64,000 bases of DNA from a virus. Every line of letters starts with the position of its first letter. Position 1 is the first letter of the stretch. A program made the position numbers and the translations under genes. Below are positions 30,320 to 40,776 of this stretch, in pieces. The notes beneath the pieces are model-generated. The model was not told the origin of the DNA, did no database searches, and saw only the letters and a list, made by a program, of their open reading frames with translations. Location: positions 46,428 to 110,427 of the IMG/VR virus record IMGVR_UViG_3300005841_000032; one strand, written 5' to 3'.

Positions 30320-30998
30320 TATTATATCTTCTGTAATATTCTTTTGTAGGATATACTTTTCTTCTTTTAAAACATCTTGGCTTTTTCTCTTTATGTACGT
30401 GCTGATGATAAATTATATTTTCAAGAAAAGGGAAGTGATTAATTTTCATTCCCGGCATCATCCACCTTATAAAATCAAACGATAATTGATCTCTAACTGA
30501 ATTATCTTCTACTTCTTTCCACCAATAATCAGAGAATAAACTATTGTATTTATCATTGTCTCTAATTATGCATCCGGTTGCACTTAACCCAAATTGCTCA
30601 GGAAATACAACATTACGATATTCATTAATCTGTTTACTTATTGTTTCCGCATTATCCTTTCCTAATTCAATACATCGCTTCGCCTCCTCATATAAACAAT
30701 TTCTATCTGGGTGCTTCATTAACCAAAATCCATATTTGCCTTCAATGAATTTATCCAAAGGAATATTTATTTCTAAATTGCCATCTATCCAAACAGACTT
30801 ATCATGTTTGGGCAACCAAGCATAAGGGCGTATTTTTATATCTCTGTATATCTTATCTTTCTTTTCTATTTTTACTATCTCCCATGTTTTAGATTCAATA
30901 GGAGTATTTGAAAAACAAATTGCTCTCCATCCTTCGGGAAGATTAACTTCTTTTAGCCGGTCGTAGTTGTCTATAATACAAGAGAAAAGAATATTCAA
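30306..30998 (-). CDS. DUF616/TOD1-MUCI70-like glycosyltransferase
   Basis: NYDRL, SVWIDGN, HPDRNCLYEEA, RDQLSF. Confidence 0.8.
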   Translation of the reverse strand: MNILFSCIIDNYDRLKEVNLPEGWRAICFSNTPIESKTWEIVKIEKKDKIYRDIKIRPYAWLPKHDKSVWIDGNLEINIPLDKFIEGKYGFWLMKHPDRNCLYEEAKRCIELGKDNAETISKQINEYRNVVFPEQFGLSATGCIIRDNDKYNSLFSDYWWKEVEDNSVRDQLSFDFIRWMMPGMKINHFPFLENIIYHQHVHKEKKPRCFKRRKVYPTKEYYRRYNNDKN

Positions 30999-31211
30999 TC
31001 GTCAAATACTTTACTGGTAAATAACAAACTTAAATAACCAATTAGTACAAAAATACAACTAATTGCATAAACCAAAAATAGCAATCCAAAAAGCCAAACT
31101 AATGCTGCATTTACATATTTGTCATCTATTATAGTATTCCATATCCAAAATGGAATAAGTACAAATAGTAGCATGATAACTATGGCAGCAATAGATTGTA
31201 ATATTCTTTTT

Positions 31212-32195
31212 TCATTTGCTTAATTCTTTCATCCAATGATTAATCATTTCATCTAATGTTTGCTCAAAGGTATATTGAGGCATCCATCCAAGTAAATTTT
31301 TTGCTTTACTGGCATCGCCACAAAGATGATTCAATTCGGTTGGCCTAAAATATTTTGAATTGATCCTTACGTGCGTGTCAAAATTTAAATTCAATCTTGT
31401 AAATACATAATTAATCAAATCTCGTACAGACTGAGTTTTACCAGTAGCTATTATAAAATCATCTGGCTTTTCATAATTAATTATTTTCATTTGAGCTTTA
31501 CTGTAATCGCTAGCATGCCCCCAATCGCGATAAGAATCAAGATTGCCTATTTCTAATATATTAGTTTTAGACAACCCCAATTTTATTTTTACTGCCTCCT
31601 TAACAACTTTACTTGTTACAAAATTACTTCCTCTTCTAGGGCTTTCGTGATTGAAACAAATAGAATTACAAGCATGTAGACCATAAGAATGCCTGTAAAC
31701 CCTAACAATATGATAAGCATATAACTTAGCTACTCCATAAGGAGAAACCGGCAACATGGGGGTACTTAATCTTTGTACGCCATCTGCGTCACATGAATTA
31801 CCAAACATCTCGCTAGATGATGCTTGTAAAAACTTAGCTTGTGGGCAAATCTCCCTATATGCTTCTAAAATATTCAAAGTTCCTAGCGCATTAATTTGCG
31901 TCGTCAAACTTTGAATATCAAAACTAATTCTTACATGTGATTGCGCCGCAAGATTATATATTTCATCTGGCTGCGACTGTTTAAGTAAATTTCTAATCGA
32001 ATTTGTATCCAATAAATCGCCATACACGACCTCTATTCGATTATCTAAATGTGATATTCTGCTCTCTTGATGTTCAGGGGTACTATTGCGTCGAATCATA
32101 CCATAGACCTTATAGTTTTGATCTAATAGATGTTCTGCAAGATAAGAACCAGTTTGACCCGCTATTCCAAAAACAATAGCTTTTTTATTATTCAT
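31212..32195 (-). CDS. gmd: GDP-mannose 4,6-dehydratase (start revised to 32195)
   Basis: GQTGSYLAE, PDEIYNLAAQSHV, QASSSEMFG, SPYGVAK, FNHESPRRG, RDWGHA. Confidence 0.93.
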   Translation of the reverse strand: MNNKKAIVFGIAGQTGSYLAEHLLDQNYKVYGMIRRNSTPEHQESRISHLDNRIEVVYGDLLDTNSIRNLLKQSQPDEIYNLAAQSHVRISFDIQSLTTQINALGTLNILEAYREICPQAKFLQASSSEMFGNSCDADGVQRLSTPMLPVSPYGVAKLYAYHIVRVYRHSYGLHACNSICFNHESPRRGSNFVTSKVVKEAVKIKLGLSKTNILEIGNLDSYRDWGHASDYSKAQMKIINYEKPDDFIIATGKTQSVRDLINYVFTRLNLNFDTHVRINSKYFRPTELNHLCGDASKAKNLLGWMPQYTFEQTLDEMINHWMKELSK

Positions 32196-33042
32196 TTTTA
32201 TATTTCCATTTAAATCCCTTACATGTTTTAAGTCCATTATTGCCACTACAAAGATTAGATATATTGCCACATGCAAGTAACGAGCCGCATATATAAAGAC
32301 TTGCGGCACGAATAGTGGGAAACTCATTCAATACCGCTTCTGATACAGGATCAATTTGAATAACTGCTCTACTTACTGGATGCGGATGGGTTGCATAATA
32401 TTTCTTTTTAGATTCAGAATTATTCTTTTTCCTAACATCGTCATGCACCTGCTTAGAACTTGCAATAGATAATTTCTTTCTAGTTTCCTCCGAAACAATC
32501 TTTCCCTTATGCGCTCTACTTACTGCCACTCTATGTTCGATAGTTGGTATATAAAAACCACCATATAAATCTAATTTAGTTTTCAATCCCTTTTCAATAG
32601 ATTCTTTGCTCTTAACAGTGCCTGTAACTCTATTGGCAATTCTTTTACATTCAGCTTTAGAATGTTTCATAAATTTTCCACTTTTAGCTATCGGTAAAAT
32701 ATTAAAACCTAATCTTCTAAGCCGTGGGTCTTTTTTATTTGATTGAATATATTCTTGCGCAAACAAAAGGGTATCTAGGTAAAATTGTTCATTAACCTTT
32801 GCTAATCTTATTTTAAAATCATTATGGGATTCGTTCACTTCCTTAACAATAGTCTGGAGCACGTGCCAAATAAATGCTTCAACTCCATACTTATTATATG
32901 CCCTCTGTAAATACTTATTCTCATGCTTATTCAGCTTAAGTGCCCTAAAATGCTGATTTTTCCTTGCTGCCAAGTTAACTGCGCTACCAATATAAATCCT
33001 ATTGTTTGATAAGCAAGTTATCTTATAAATACCACTACTCAT
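32188..33042 (-). CDS. GIY-YIG homing endonuclease
   Basis: SGIYKI...IYIGSA...R...H; NUMOD3 GKIVSEETRKKLS. Confidence 0.9.
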   Translation of the reverse strand: MSSGIYKITCLSNNRIYIGSAVNLAARKNQHFRALKLNKHENKYLQRAYNKYGVEAFIWHVLQTIVKEVNESHNDFKIRLAKVNEQFYLDTLLFAQEYIQSNKKDPRLRRLGFNILPIAKSGKFMKHSKAECKRIANRVTGTVKSKESIEKGLKTKLDLYGGFYIPTIEHRVAVSRAHKGKIVSEETRKKLSIASSKQVHDDVRKKNNSESKKKYYATHPHPVSRAVIQIDPVSEAVLNEFPTIRAASLYICGSLLACGNISNLCSGNNGLKTCKGFKWKYKNE

Positions 33043-33710
33043 TAACGATATTCTTTAAATACATCCATTGATTTAACTAAATCAGGCCAATCTTTTATTG
33101 ACCATTTTCTAGGCTCAGACTCAATAGCTTTCGGTAATTTTCCCAACGCCAAGGCTGCTAATTCAGGTTGGCAATAAGCATGTATTCCAAATGAACTTAT
33201 GTTTTGTTCTCTCCAAGGAATCATTGAAATACGTCCATCATAAGATAATTTCTTCAATTCTTTCGCTTTCTTTTCATTGTCAAGTAAAATAACTCCAAGC
33301 CTACCAACCGAAAGATGCTTTTGCTTTTGACAACTAATAACCATCATTGATCCACCTATATATGAATTGGCTTTCCATAAAACAGCCGCATCATGTATAT
33401 CGTACCAAAATTTTTCTTCAACATCATAGCAAGATGCAAGTATATAATGCCCCTTCCATTCCCACCCCTCATAATACCACTTTAGTTTAATTCCTAACTT
33501 TTTTGCAAGCATGGGAATAGAAACATATGTGTTTCTAGGAACGATTATTTCATCCACATTCATTAATCGTAAGCACAATTCAACTCCACTAGTACAACTA
33601 TCAGTGGCAACCGCAAAAGGTGCTCCAAAGAATGCAGCTATTTGTTTTTCAAATTCTTCTACTACTTCAAAACCATAATTTGGTAATTGGTCTACTGTTT
33701 TTATATTCAT
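33042..33710 (-). CDS. DegT/DnrJ/EryC1-like PLP-dependent sugar aminotransferase (short form)
   Basis: VEEFEKQIA...AVATDSCTS, HDAA, SCQKQKHL (PLP lysine position). Confidence 0.8.
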   Translation of the reverse strand: MNIKTVDQLPNYGFEVVEEFEKQIAAFFGAPFAVATDSCTSGVELCLRLMNVDEIIVPRNTYVSIPMLAKKLGIKLKWYYEGWEWKGHYILASCYDVEEKFWYDIHDAAVLWKANSYIGGSMMVISCQKQKHLSVGRLGVILLDNEKKAKELKKLSYDGRISMIPWREQNISSFGIHAYCQPELAALALGKLPKAIESEPRKWSIKDWPDLVKSMDVFKEYR

Positions 33711-33916
33711 TTCCAGTCGAATTCGCTTATTTGTCTAATTTCTCTTTCTTTATCTTCTTCATAAAGTACGTCATACACTCTATAGTTTCTATAAGTTGAT
33801 TCGGGCAAAGCTTCAATTGCTTCTGCCAATTGCTCATTGGTCAATGTAAATATCTTACTCATTAAAACTTTTTGAGCGGTTTCGCGACTAATGCTAAATG
33901 TGGATTTGACACTCAT
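33707..33916 (-). CDS. Hypothetical protein
   Basis: ATGA-type overlaps with both neighbours. Confidence 0.5.
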   Translation of the reverse strand: MSVKSTFSISRETAQKVLMSKIFTLTNEQLAEAIEALPESTYRNYRVYDVLYEEDKEREIRQISEFDWK

Positions 33917-34563
33917 AAACTCTTATTCTTTAAAAGTACACTTCCATAAAATTCATTTTCCTCTACCGTTATCAATTCTTCAAAAGAAGGAAGTAAAGAT
34001 AGTAATTCTTTTTTATTTAATTGTCCATTAAAAAGTTCTTTATCTGAGTACTCTAGGTACACAAATCTAGTTTTTTTTAATGTATCTGTTGCTCCCAATA
34101 TAACATCTTGTTCAGCCCCATTTACATCACACCACAATAGATCTATAACATCAAAATTATGAAACCAAGCCCACATATCAAGAGTTGATGAATCAACCAT
34201 TTCTACTTCATCAAATTTAATATCATTGAAGTATTCAAGATGATTTTTTGGCTCTCTAATCGAACTGCTAGCAGACCAATTTTCTCTATTAATTCTATCG
34301 CTTTTATACAATGCGACTTGTTTCCAATCAACTGATCCAATGGCACATTTCCAAAGTGTTAAATTGTTATTGGAGCTATTTAATTGCTCAAAAAGCTTTT
34401 GCGATCTACTATCTGCTTCAAAACAATGTATTTCGCAATCATCAAATATATTATTAAAAGCAGCAGCGTCTTTACCATCATAGGCGCCCACATCGAGTAT
34501 TACCACCTTTTTATTATTACCAATTAAATTTGCAATCTGTTGTTTAATAGATTCCATATTCAT
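33913..34563 (-). CDS. FkbM-family methyltransferase
   Basis: ILDVGAYDG, IHCFEAD, IDLLWCDVNGAE. Confidence 0.88.
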   Translation of the reverse strand: MNMESIKQQIANLIGNNKKVVILDVGAYDGKDAAAFNNIFDDCEIHCFEADSRSQKLFEQLNSSNNNLTLWKCAIGSVDWKQVALYKSDRINRENWSASSSIREPKNHLEYFNDIKFDEVEMVDSSTLDMWAWFHNFDVIDLLWCDVNGAEQDVILGATDTLKKTRFVYLEYSDKELFNGQLNKKELLSLLPSFEELITVEENEFYGSVLLKNKSL

Positions 34564-35332
34564 TTTTTAGTCCTTTGATTAAATGTGGATATACATATCT
34601 ATCTTTCATTTCACTTAAAAGATATTCATATTCCTCGCCGTCCTTTTTAGTTTCATCTTCATTCAAAGAATGTTGATTGTAAATCGCTGTAACACTATCA
34701 TATCTTTCCACTCTGTCTACGTTTTCTCCAATGCGTATCATAAAATCTCTATCTTCATTTCTATCTGGCAATTCTGCCCATGTCTTCCATCCGCCTATCT
34801 TATTCCATACATCTTTTGTATGACACATTGCTAAATTATCTTTTGTTCCTTCCTTATTTTCCACCACGTCTCCATTCCATCTTAAGCCACCCTCAAAGTA
34901 TAAGTCATTATCTAATATATCAGATATTCTTCTATTGTGCCACAATACATCTATAAATCTTGAATATCCTACTGTGTATTCATCATTCATTCCAATGAAA
35001 GTGCCTAAATGAAAATCAAATATAATATTATCATCATCACAATAGCAAATTTTATTTGATCTTGCCATATCCACCCCAATATTTTTAGAAATAGCGCCTG
35101 CATTTTTTTGATTTAAAATGCCACCAGTACTCCAATTTTCTTCTAATATGAAACGCTTATCATATCTAAATGGAGTATCATTCATTACCCCTTTTGCATA
35201 ATTGCAATGATCTGAAACTACAATACATTCAAAATTATGAAATCGACTACGCCAAATAGCAAGTAGGCAACGAAATAAGAAATCAGGGCGATTTTTTGTG
35301 GCGACTATTATAGAAATTTCAGACTTACTCAT
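34544..35332 (-). CDS. GT2-family glycosyltransferase
   Basis: ISIIVATKNR, FECIVVSD, ICYCDDDN, EDRDF. Confidence 0.88.
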   Translation of the reverse strand: MSKSEISIIVATKNRPDFLFRCLLAIWRSRFHNFECIVVSDHCNYAKGVMNDTPFRYDKRFILEENWSTGGILNQKNAGAISKNIGVDMARSNKICYCDDDNIIFDFHLGTFIGMNDEYTVGYSRFIDVLWHNRRISDILDNDLYFEGGLRWNGDVVENKEGTKDNLAMCHTKDVWNKIGGWKTWAELPDRNEDRDFMIRIGENVDRVERYDSVTAIYNQHSLNEDETKKDGEEYEYLLSEMKDRYVYPHLIKGLKNEYGIY

Positions 35333-35871
35333 TTCTTTATGGCTTCTATATTTAATGAAACAAGCGCCCCATTATCTTTATCCATGTGAGGCAAATATGC
35401 CTGAGCATGATCATCAATAGAAGCAGTATCAGTGTCGCGCCAATCATATCGCTTCATTAAGCCAAATCCAACTGATTCTAATGCATTAGCAAGTGAACGT
35501 TTATCCCAAATACTTTTATGAGATATTTTTTCATCCCCCATTTGCCAATTACCCATTATTGGCCCACTAATTTCTTCTATCCGAACTTTTCCACTAGAAT
35601 ATAATTCCGAGATAACTTCAAAATCGGGTACGGCTAAGCGCAATACTCCACCAACTTTCAGCACATCACACCATTGTTGCAGCAATCTAACCGCCTCTTC
35701 AAATTCAAAATAATTCAAAAGATGACAGCAATAAATAGTGTCTACTGAATCAAAATCATATTCACATAACCAAACATCATCGCTTACAACGTGTTCAAAT
35801 GAAGTGTCGCCATCTATATGAATATATCCGGGATATTGCCTTTTCCCGCAGCCGACCGCTATCTTAATCAT
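35329..35871 (-). CDS. Class I SAM methyltransferase (start revised to 35871)
   Basis: VGCGKR...GYIHID, LKVGGVLRLAVPD. Confidence 0.85.
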   Translation of the reverse strand: MIKIAVGCGKRQYPGYIHIDGDTSFEHVVSDDVWLCEYDFDSVDTIYCCHLLNYFEFEEAVRLLQQWCDVLKVGGVLRLAVPDFEVISELYSSGKVRIEEISGPIMGNWQMGDEKISHKSIWDKRSLANALESVGFGLMKRYDWRDTDTASIDDHAQAYLPHMDKDNGALVSLNIEAIKK

Positions 35872-36349
35872 GCCTCTGTCTTTAGTATCCAAATGCCAAC
35901 ATTTCCCTCTTTCTTGCTAAACCCTTTAAACTTAGTATTTGTCAATGGAGATTTGCCTACATCTATCAATGGCATAATCACTTCCATTAATTGACCAAGT
36001 AATTTTAAATCGGTTTCAAACTTCTCCCATAATACTGTATCAATTTGGCCAGAAATATCTCCCTCTAAACTATCATAATCTAGACCACAGATATAAGCCG
36101 CAAACTCTTCTAAGTCATACGGATGAATTTTTGCTATTTTCATATTTCAATTATGTTTTCTTTATCTATTGAAAATAAATCATGTCCACTATGAACTCCA
36201 TTAATTTCAACTGTACAGAATTCAGGACGCGCCCATAAATCTATCCCTATATAAATCGCCTTAAATGGAGCCTTATATATTCTATCATAAGCAGCCAATA
36301 CATCAACTTTAATAATATATTCAACGCCACGAATTAATTCTACTACCAT
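35868..36349 (-). other. Two small hypothetical CDSs (35868-36143, 36140-36349)
   Basis: Overlapping start/stop coupling in the operon. Confidence 0.5.
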
Positions 36350-37845
36350 ATTGCTATAAAATTGCCCTCAGCTTCCCCCTCTATATCAGGTAATATCTTA
36401 AATGTATCTGGATATTGTTCCTTTATTAATTCAAGTGAAGGAATGGTAGCATTTGAAGTAATATATCCATGTTCACAATTCAAGGCTATATTCTTAATGT
36501 ATTCAGTTTGTAACGGTTCCTGAATTTCACTTAATGCATAATTGCTAATAAAAAAATGCCCACCAGAAATAGAGACACAATATGCATCCTTATAATTACT
36601 TTGATTATATAAATCTACATCTACTAAACCAACTTCTTTTAAATATCGCTTTTGCAATTCATTGACTTCCGGCAAATCAATAATTTCATAAGTATGCCAA
36701 TTGCATATTTTACTTAAAGCCCAACATTGACCGCCGTAACCCCCACCTATTTCAATAATACTTAGCCCATCTGGAATTTCTTTTTGCTTCCACTCATTTC
36801 TATATAACCAACTTATTTTAGATGCAATGGCTAAATACTGAACTGTTGTTGGCGATGTATAAAATGATTCTATTCTTGATTTAGTTGACACGAAAATAGA
36901 ATCACTTATTAATTGTTTCTTTATAGGGTCTCCAATAGAATCATTTTGCCGCGCATAATTTTCAGCAAGCCAAATATCATTATTATATTTCAATATTTTA
37001 AAATACTCTTCGCCCAACCTAACAGAAGTATGTTCTAAAACATAATTATAATCTGGATGACTCTTGAATGTAGCAAATACGCTTTCGTCAGTTGCAGCTC
37101 TCTTACAAATATCAAGATATGCTCTAATCTTATCCTTTGGAGGATTCCAACTTGTATTTTGTGTAATTAATCCTTTCTGTTCCATTTCTTTTATAATTTC
37201 TTGCGGAATGCCATTTAAATTATAAGCAAATATGTCGTGACGAGTTACGCCTTCATTTGTGTAAATCGGTGCATCTTCACGTGTCATTCCTACATTCTTA
37301 AATTCATCGTCCACCTTTCTCTGACATTCAAAATCCCATGGCGATAAATTAGGCGTCAAATATCGCAATAGATACTCTCTATTCCAAATTGCAGGTTGTG
37401 TAGATAGCCTATATTGCGATCTTGGAGGGGTTTGATAAATGTTTATATCGTCTATTGTTTCAAATGGCAAGGTGTGATGCTGCTGATTTTCTCCTGTTAG
37501 CTCTATTCGACCAATAGAATTATTTTGGAATAGTTTATAGAGGACTTCTAATCTATCTAATCTTACGGTCTCCCTAATGAAAGAATCTTCAAAAAACCAA
37601 AAAAACAATTTCTCTTGCCTTGCAAAATATGGCCTCAGGTCATTAGAAAAATCTTTCTTATTGCCACTTTGCTTGCCAAGCGATACAAATGTGAAATTTT
37701 CAGGCAGTTCTATGTCTGGCTTTTTATATCCTACTATTTCGACGCGTTGATCTGGGTCATTCCAGTATGTTTGATACAAATGAATCCAGATAGGAACTAT
37801 ATGCGCATAAGCGTCACTAGTGCTTACAATAAGGAGTGGTTTCAA
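36343..37845 (-). CDS. Fusion of GT-like domain and putative sugar O-methyltransferase
   Basis: N-half FFEDSF and STQPAIWNREYL...SPWDFE; C-half IIEIGGGYGGQC and FISNYALSE. Confidence 0.7.
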   Translation of the reverse strand: MKPLLIVSTSDAYAHIVPIWIHLYQTYWNDPDQRVEIVGYKKPDIELPENFTFVSLGKQSGNKKDFSNDLRPYFARQEKLFFWFFEDSFIRETVRLDRLEVLYKLFQNNSIGRIELTGENQQHHTLPFETIDDINIYQTPPRSQYRLSTQPAIWNREYLLRYLTPNLSPWDFECQRKVDDEFKNVGMTREDAPIYTNEGVTRHDIFAYNLNGIPQEIIKEMEQKGLITQNTSWNPPKDKIRAYLDICKRAATDESVFATFKSHPDYNYVLEHTSVRLGEEYFKILKYNNDIWLAENYARQNDSIGDPIKKQLISDSIFVSTKSRIESFYTSPTTVQYLAIASKISWLYRNEWKQKEIPDGLSIIEIGGGYGGQCWALSKICNWHTYEIIDLPEVNELQKRYLKEVGLVDVDLYNQSNYKDAYCVSISGGHFFISNYALSEIQEPLQTEYIKNIALNCEHGYITSNATIPSLELIKEQYPDTFKILPDIEGEAEGNFIAIW

Positions 37846-38252
37846 TCTATAAATGTTTTATCTATTGTTTGACCTTCATATTTACCAGTCTTATATTCGA
37901 GTATAGTAGAATCCTCAAGTATTGTATAATTATGGCCGCAAGAAAAAGTAAACGATGAATCTCCCGCATTTAATATTGGCTCTGCTATAATTGAATTATC
38001 CATGTCATAAAAATGGCATTGCACTGTGCCACTCAAAAGATGCCAAGATTCTTGCGCAATCACTAACCACTCTCTCCATCTACCATTGTGTTTGTGGGGC
38101 CTGAAAGTAGTTCCTGCTTTTAATTGTAATGCTGCACACTGAATAAATTGATCTGAATCAACTAAATCTTGACGACCTTCCTTAAAATCTTCTTTTCTAA
38201 AAACCAAATGAAGCAACAATTCTGGTTTAATATTAGAATATATTTTCTCCAT
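37842..38252 (-). CDS. Cupin-fold protein (sugar isomerase-like)
   Basis: FRPHKH...QESW...GHNY cupin metal ligands. Confidence 0.75.
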   Translation of the reverse strand: MEKIYSNIKPELLLHLVFRKEDFKEGRQDLVDSDQFIQCAALQLKAGTTFRPHKHNGRWREWLVIAQESWHLLSGTVQCHFYDMDNSIIAEPILNAGDSSFTFSCGHNYTILEDSTILEYKTGKYEGQTIDKTFID

Positions 38253-38254
38253 TT

Positions 38255-38494
38255 TTATTTCAATGTATCTCCTACTTCATAATTTTTAGCAATGCTGTTC
38301 GCAAATTGATCTGAGTTAAGCGTTGCCATTCGACCCGCAGAATCTCTCAATATAATAGTACAATAAGTTGTTCCTGAATAATTATTGCAATCTTCTGCAA
38401 CAACTATAATAGGTCTTTTCATACCGCCAACTCTTTGTTCAAAGGTTATATTGCAACCAAAACAAATAAGTACTAACAGTAATATCGTTTTCAT
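38255..38494 (-). CDS. Putative lipoprotein
   Basis: MKTILLLVLICFGC lipoprotein-type signal. Confidence 0.5.
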   Translation of the reverse strand: MKTILLLVLICFGCNITFEQRVGGMKRPIIVVAEDCNNYSGTTYCTIILRDSAGRMATLNSDQFANSIAKNYEVGDTLK

Positions 38495-38796
38495 TTTATA
38501 TCTATTTGAAATGATGATGTTGAATAATATTTTACTGGATGTTTGCTTTTATACTTTATTGTGTCGCCGGTTATCTCAAACTCATACCCTTCTCTTTTTA
38601 AATTGTCTATGAATTCTTGTTGCTGTTTCATTAGTTCACCTTTCAGTCTCAAGTTATTCGCGCAACACTCATGGTGATAAAAATAAGGATTGCCGGGACT
38701 ATCGTAACTATGTGGATAATGATAACTGCCAACCTCATTTAAATTTTGAGGATTGACAAACTTACCGCAATAATAACAATTAGGCAATAGTGCCAT
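38491..38796 (-). CDS. Hypothetical CxxC protein
   Basis: CYYCG...HHECC. Confidence 0.45.
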   Translation of the reverse strand: MALLPNCYYCGKFVNPQNLNEVGSYHYPHSYDSPGNPYFYHHECCANNLRLKGELMKQQQEFIDNLKREGYEFEITGDTIKYKSKHPVKYYSTSSFQIDIK

Positions 38797-39483
38797 TTGC
38801 TTTTAATCTTTCTAAAACCTTTTTATGGTACCCTCTAGTGCATTTGCCAACATAAACATCAAATACCGATCCCATATCTAGAAAAGTATGTTTGTCTCCA
38901 AACTCATTATACAAAACATCTATCATAAAATTAGCTGGCATTGAGGCGACAAACAAAACTACTACATTCTTATTCAAGAATAATAATCGCTTTACTCTAT
39001 CTAAAATTTTTTCTCTTTCTAACCAACAATTCTTTTCAGGTATTTCAATATGTAAGTTATAGAACTTTCCTAAGTTTTCCAAATACTTCGGCCCAACAAG
39101 TATAACTGGATCATCACGCTTCGTTAATAAATCAAAAAATTGATCAAAATATCCTTTTATACTTGCATGGTGAAAAACATCAGCATTTACCCAATTGAGA
39201 TTTTCAAGATCATTATCTTTTAAAAATTTCTCTATTTGCTTAGGGTAGCGGTCCTCTTTTGCAAATCGCTGCATTCCCAAATAATATTTTGGCTTGCTTT
39301 TAAGTACATTAGTTAATGCTTCGCCCATATCCTTAAAATAAATATGACCATCTGTATTCTTGTAATTTTCTCCATCTATTTGGAGTAATGCATTCCATTC
39401 TCCTTTCAACCGTCCCCCCACCTAGAAAAGGCGAGAGGACGCTTAAGGATTAAATTGTTAATAATTGTTTCAAAATCATTCAT
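38780..39483 (-). CDS. GT-D fold (DUF1792-like) glycosyltransferase interrupted by an 8-nt gap
   Basis: MNDF...AFSRWGDG stop, 8 nt later EWNALL continues in another frame; C-terminal FLDMGSVFD. Confidence 0.7.
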
Positions 39484-40001
39484 ATATAAATCTAAATTCT
39501 TTATAAGTATTTCTTTTTTCTTGAATTGCTTTGCCAACCATATATATTGACAAATTAATTGCTCTAGCATGATTACCACTGATATAATTACCCAAAATGT
39601 CTCCATTCATATTGCATACGGTAATAGATCTATAATTTTTCCTATGATGTCCAGCATTAATAGCATGATTCGTATTTTCTTTTGGCGTTAGCCATTTCTA
39701 AGTTAGTAGAACTATTATTTAATTTATTTAAATCAATATGATTAACTTCTGTTTTATTTATTAAATCATCATTTTTAACAAATGCTTTAGCAACAAGCCT
39801 ATGAACCGATCTAGTTACTTGTTTATTTCCATTTCTCATTTTAACAATTAAATAGCCATTATGTAATTGCTGCTTGATATTTACATTCAATTGCATCTTA
39901 TTCATTTTAGAACCGCGAATAAATCTTTGAATGTTGCCTAAATTACTTACTTTATAAAAGGGAACCTCTTCAACGATTCTCCAAATTTCTTCTTCACTCA
40001 T
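39476..40001 (-). pseudogene. NUMOD4-HNH homing endonuclease with +1 frameshift
   Basis: YKVSNLG, VHRLVAKAF, VNHIDLNKLNN; removing one A at 39695-39697 restores NLEWLTPKENTNHA through to YKEFRFIYE stop. Confidence 0.8.
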
Positions 40002-40548
40002 TTATTCGCTTTAGGCTTTACTTCTTTCTTTTTCTTTTGATATGCAATGGTACTATCTGTTACGCTCAATAATTTTTCTACTTCTGCAAGTGGCGTATTT
40101 GAGTCTACTATAATCTTAATATCCTCCATGTACAAAGAGTCAATATTCCTGCCTACTTTTTCATACTGAGCTTTCAGTAATTTTTGCTGATTCTTATATA
40201 CTTGTAATTTTGCTTTCTGGTACTCAGTTAAAACAATTACGCTTATTGTATCGTTTTTAACTTCTTTGTTTTTCTTTTGAGCAAATAATACATTGCAAGT
40301 TACAATTTGCAAAACGATCAACACTAGTATTTTTTTCATTCTATAGTTATTTTATTTTGTTTTCTCCATTCAATAAGACATGCTTCAAGTCCAATAAATG
40401 ATTCTATTAGTTTCATCATTGGAGTAGTATAAGATCGTCTATAATCTCTTTCCGAAAATAATTGCGGTGTATAGTTTTTCAATTCTTTAGGCCATTGATA
40501 ACGATTCAGGTCGCACCACATTTTAGCCAATTTATCTTCCTTTTTCAT
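39998..40548 (-). other. Two hypothetical CDSs (39998-40339 with signal peptide; 40336-40548)
   Basis: MKKILVLIVLQIVTCNVLFAQ signal peptide; coupled overlaps. Confidence 0.5.
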
Positions 40549-40776
40549 TTAATTTCTATATAATGTTTCGTTTGATTAAAATTTTTCATTGCCCCTTTAA
40601 TCCATTATATTAATTGTTCCCATTATCAAAGTAACTTCTTATTCCCATATAGCATGCAATAAATATTAATAGTACTATTATAACCACGGATACATTTGCT
40701 GCAATATCATCATATTTAATCATAAGAGATATAAGCCCAACCGTTATAAATATAACGCCTGTAGTTTTTAAATCTT

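Noticed and set aside
11009-33042. Group I introns housing the GIY-YIG genes
   Set aside because: Flanking genes are complete and the spacers are too short for a ribozyme core
38780-39606. Track ORFs 39406-39606 and 38780-39421 as independent genes
   Set aside because: The first largely overlaps the frameshifted HNH tail; together they form one GT-D gene starting at 39483
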